From the NCBI RefSeq assembly GCF_001194135.2, contig NC_069000.1:39844497-39897137 (forward strand): DNA of 52,641 bases, given 5' to 3'. The DNA comes from Octopus bimaculoides. Its lineage: Eukaryota. Position 1 is the stretch's first letter. Every line of letters starts with the position of its first letter. The notes below the pieces were generated by a model. That model searched no databases. It saw only the letters and a list, made by a program, of their open reading frames with translations, and was not told where the DNA came from. The position numbers were made by a program, and so were the translations under genes. Below are positions 49,346-52,641 of this stretch, piece by piece.

Positions 49346-50507
49346 TGTTGTGTTTAGACCCTATCATTGCCTTCAGATCCTACCATTGCTTCCAGAGGGA
49401 TCGAAAGCTTTTGATATTTGAAATTCGAGTTGTCATCACTTTGGATCTAATTTGAAATCTCCAAACTTTCTACAAACACGTATCAAATTTTACGAAGATC
49501 GTCCACCTGGTCATTTTCGCCATATATATCTATATATATANNNNNNNNNNNNNNNNNNNNNNNNNNNNNNNNNNNNNNNNNNNNNNNNNNNNNNNNNNNN
49601 NNNNNNNNNNNNNNNNNNNNNNNNNNNNNNNNNNNNNNNNNNNNNNNNNNNNNNNNNNNNNNNNNNNNNNNNNNNNNNNNNNNNNNNNNNNNNNNNNNNN
49701 NNNNNNNNNNNNNNNNNNNNNNNNNNNNNNNNNNNNNNNNNNNNNNNNNNNNNNNNNNNNNNNNNNNNNNNNNNNNNNNNNNNNNNNNNNNNNNNNNNNN
49801 NNNNNNNNNNNNNNNNNNNNNNNNNNNNNNNNNNNNNNNNNNNNNNNNNNNNNNNNNNNNNNNNNNNNNNNNNNNNNNNNNNNNNNNNNNNNNNNNNNNN
49901 NNNNNNNNNNNNNNNNNNNNNNNNNNNNNNNNNNNNNNNNNNNNNNNNNNNNNNNNNNNNNNNNGAAGATTTCTTTCCAGTAGTAATGGAGCCATAAACC
50001 TAACTTCAATAAACCCAGTCATTAAAGGCTGCAGATAACTTAATATCGAAGGTGTTTCCCCACCTGCAACATCCTTGACTATGACGTAAGTAGCTGAGCA
50101 AGGAAAAAAATATATTTAGATCTCACAGCTGTTTGCTCCGGGGGTACTTCCAGAGAATAAACATGGCTTCAAGTCAATCCACACAGCTGTGATTCACGGT
50201 AAAATAGTTCAATATTCTGAAAATTTTTTAATTCACTGAAACTTTTATTTTAACCACTTCACAGACATTGTTTGAAGAAAAGAAACCCCAATAATGCTGG
50301 TGTGCAATTAAAATCAGATGTAGGTAGAAATTCAATAGCATAATACTAATGGTTATACCATATGTCATTGAGATTATTGTTTTCAACGATTGCACTAAAA
50401 GAGAGGATGCAATTGTGCCCAGAATTCCGCTCGTGGCATCATATTTCACAAAGCTATGGTGGGTACAGATCTATTATCATATAAGAAGGGACTCACCGTA
50501 ATACTTT

Positions 50508-50833
50508 ATTTCTTTAGCACAGCATGTATTGTCAATCCAATATTTTGTTATTTCTTAAGCACAGCATGTACTGTCAATCCAACACTCGATGCACAGGTCT
50601 CCTTTAAGCAATTCGGTTTCTGTCTGTTTTAAGAACAGATTTCCTAAAGCTATGATGAGTACAGACCTAATACAAAAGATGAGGCTCATCACTTGTCTTT
50701 ATATAATTCTTTTTAGCACAGCATGTATCGTAAACCCAACATTTAAATGCGTAGGTTTTCTCTTAGCACATCGGTTTCTGTATGTTAGAATTATATTATT
50801 CTACGTCAGATTACCAAGCACTTCGGTTTATTT
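50508..50833. repeat. Dispersed modular repeats (ttagcacagcatgta.. x3; agca..tcggttt.. x3)
   Basis: Module a at 50508, 50550, 50707; module b at ~50606, 50763, 50815. Confidence 0.75.
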
Positions 50834-51011
50834 ACATTTTTTCATATTATTTTAAGAATTAAAAAATTTCCAACACAAAAGAATACGTTCAATAACTGTT
50901 TCAAATGAAATAAAACTGCTTTCACGTCTACTTAATCCTATGTTCATACTTAATTCGCCTGAATTATGTATTTTAAGTTTGCACACTTAAAATACGAAAA
51001 TACGAAATCTA

Positions 51012-51979
51012 CGCGTTGCGTTCAAAAAATATCCGACTTTAGTTTTTTTCTGCCAAAACTAAAACCACGTGGGCAAAACAATTTAAGTGGAAGGTGAAGC
51101 TGCCTTTCATGCGCATGCGTGAAAATTTCTGTACTGGTGAACTGCGTCATTTTCCGGCAGTTACACCTAGAGTAAACGCATGTAGTGCACACTCGTCGGA
51201 TTTTCATTTTCCCAGAACGCATCGAGCAGAGATGTTGCGACAGGCTTTGCCAAAAGCTTGATGATAATCAAGCTCACACCATCCAGAATATTCAACAGGC
51301 TTTTGGCGACGATACCATGGGGGAAAAACTCAGATCAAGTAATGGTACCGCCACTTCAAGCATGGTCCTACCTTAATGGACAGCGAGGTACGCTGAGGCA
51401 GGTCGTCCACAAGCCGAAACGAGGCGCTGATTGAGACTGTTCGGCGAATATTTATGGAAGACCGCCATAGAACAACACAAGAAATTGCTCACGAAGTGGG
51501 AATAAGCATGGGACCAGTGCATTCCATTTTAACGGAGGATATGTGCATACAGGGTGTCAACGAAATTCATCCCTAAAGTACTGGCGGAGAAGCAACTTTG
51601 CATGGAGATCGCTCAAAATATGCTGGATTGTGCAAACCACGACCCAGACTTTATGAAGATCATCATCATTGGAGCTGAGACATGGGCTTATGGCCTCTAC
51701 TCGATGCGCTCGGCCATCGAATAGAGCTATGTCTTGCTGAAGGTTAATGTAGAATATAAACAACTGAAGAAAGCCACTAAGAAAACAAAACTCTGACGAG
51801 CGCACACTGCACGTCTGTACTCTGGGCGTAACAGCCGGAAACTAATGCAGCCTGCCGGCGCGAAAATTTTCTCGCATGCGCAGCAAAGGTGGTGTCACCT
51901 CCTATTTAAAGGATATTTCCCGCACAGCATTAGTGTTGGCGGGAAAAAATAAAGTCGGATACTTTTTGCATTCACTTCA
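51012..51979 (+). mobile_element. Internally deleted mariner with ~200-bp imperfect TIRs and TA target duplication
   Basis: TA at 51010-51011 and 51980-51981; TIR core caaaaa(a/g)tatccgacttta; broken N-terminal ORF ERIEQR..FCQKL..IQQAFGDDTMG..WYRHFK..EDRHRTTQEIAHEVGIS..KFIPKVL..IIIGAETWAYG. Confidence 0.88.
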
Positions 51980-52280
51980 TATTACTAAAACTGAGTTTTT
52001 AATTTTTATTACACAGCATACTAGATAGCAGACTATTATATAAAAGTATTGAATAACTTTAATTTCTTGCACAGAAGATTCGTGGCTCTCCGTCAGTTAC
52101 GACGACGAGGGTTCCAGTTGATACGATCAACGGAACAGCTTGTTCGTGAAATTAATAATTCTTTTTTTGGAAGATTGGGGCCATTCGTAAAGATAGCGGA
52201 CGCACGAGTGATATAATATGTAAAATATACATCAGAGACGCTTTATCCCAAACACAACATTGCAGAATCTACTTAACAAA

Positions 52281-52413
52281 GCGCAGGCGTGGCTGTGTGG
52301 TAAAAAGCTTACTTCCCAGCAACATGACTCTAGGTTCAGTCCTACTGCGTAGCACCTTGGGCGAGTGCCTTCTACTATAGCCACGGGCCTCGCAAAGCCT
52401 TGCGAGTGGAATT
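52281..52413 (+). mobile_element. SINE family B 5' part
   Basis: gcgcaggcgtggctgtgtggtaa...ggttcagtcctactgcgtagcaccttgggcgagtg. Confidence 0.88.
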
Positions 52414-52641
52414 TTTTTAATATTACCTTACCACGATTAATTGAATACAGCAATGTCTTAGATTCAATTCCCTCGAAGCGTTCTCTTTGTGAGCGTCTGT
52501 GTACTGGAAATATTTCCTATGTTCAATTCGAATTCCACTAATTTTGGATCACCTTGATAACGTTGTGCTAACATATATTTCAGGAAACATTAATATTAAT
52601 TTTAATATTCTCTTTAAATTTGTATGTATGTATATATATAT

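Noticed and set aside
726-50022. All long ORFs containing X runs or poly-CV/YI/HT/D/M tracts
   Set aside because: They are translations of microsatellites and N-gaps (major gaps ~934-1725, 2510-3136, 15789-16396, 18032-18899, 20083-20657, 22828-23647, 24963-25153, 33401-33893, 39943-40219, 44513-44893, 49541-49964); no domain content.
50650-50690. ATGATGA (C-box-like) with a tgatgag/ctcatca hairpin
   Set aside because: No D box (CTGA) at a suitable distance and no GAAA; neither snoRNA nor ribozyme is supported.
1-52641. CRISPR arrays, rRNA genes, Hox-cluster miRNAs (mir-10, mir-993, iab-4)
   Set aside because: No regularly spaced repeat-spacer array, no rRNA-like sequence, and no match to the mature miRNA sequences I recall.

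Overview
Gene-poor, AT-rich, gap-ridden eukaryotic DNA. About 16 N-runs, nearly all flanked by simple repeats, and the SINE repertoire resembles what I recall from octopus/cephalopod genomes (taxon is inference). I can support no intact protein-coding gene; almost all long ORFs in the track are microsatellite or N-gap artefacts. The window is a graveyard of mobile DNA: a decayed Penelope-like retroelement (RT + GIY-YIG, about 4.7-7.0 kb), R4/Dong-like RLE LINE fragments, an RTE RT fragment, three mariner pieces (one with about 200-bp TIRs), a Tc1 derivative, a hAT MITE, a 162-bp-arm foldback element, and about 30 copies of tRNA-derived SINEs. I label these families A, B and C (plus a tail-only family D); the labels are mine. 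The most interesting signal is RNA-structural. A short dispersed non-coding element (3 copies) carries a variant minimal hammerhead-ribozyme fold (CUGUNGA core, with only N7 varying between copies). One copy lies 147 nt upstream of a second, different, near-canonical minimal hammerhead on the same strand. A few isolated plus-strand splice-signal pairs hint at a non-coding transcript but are weak evidence.
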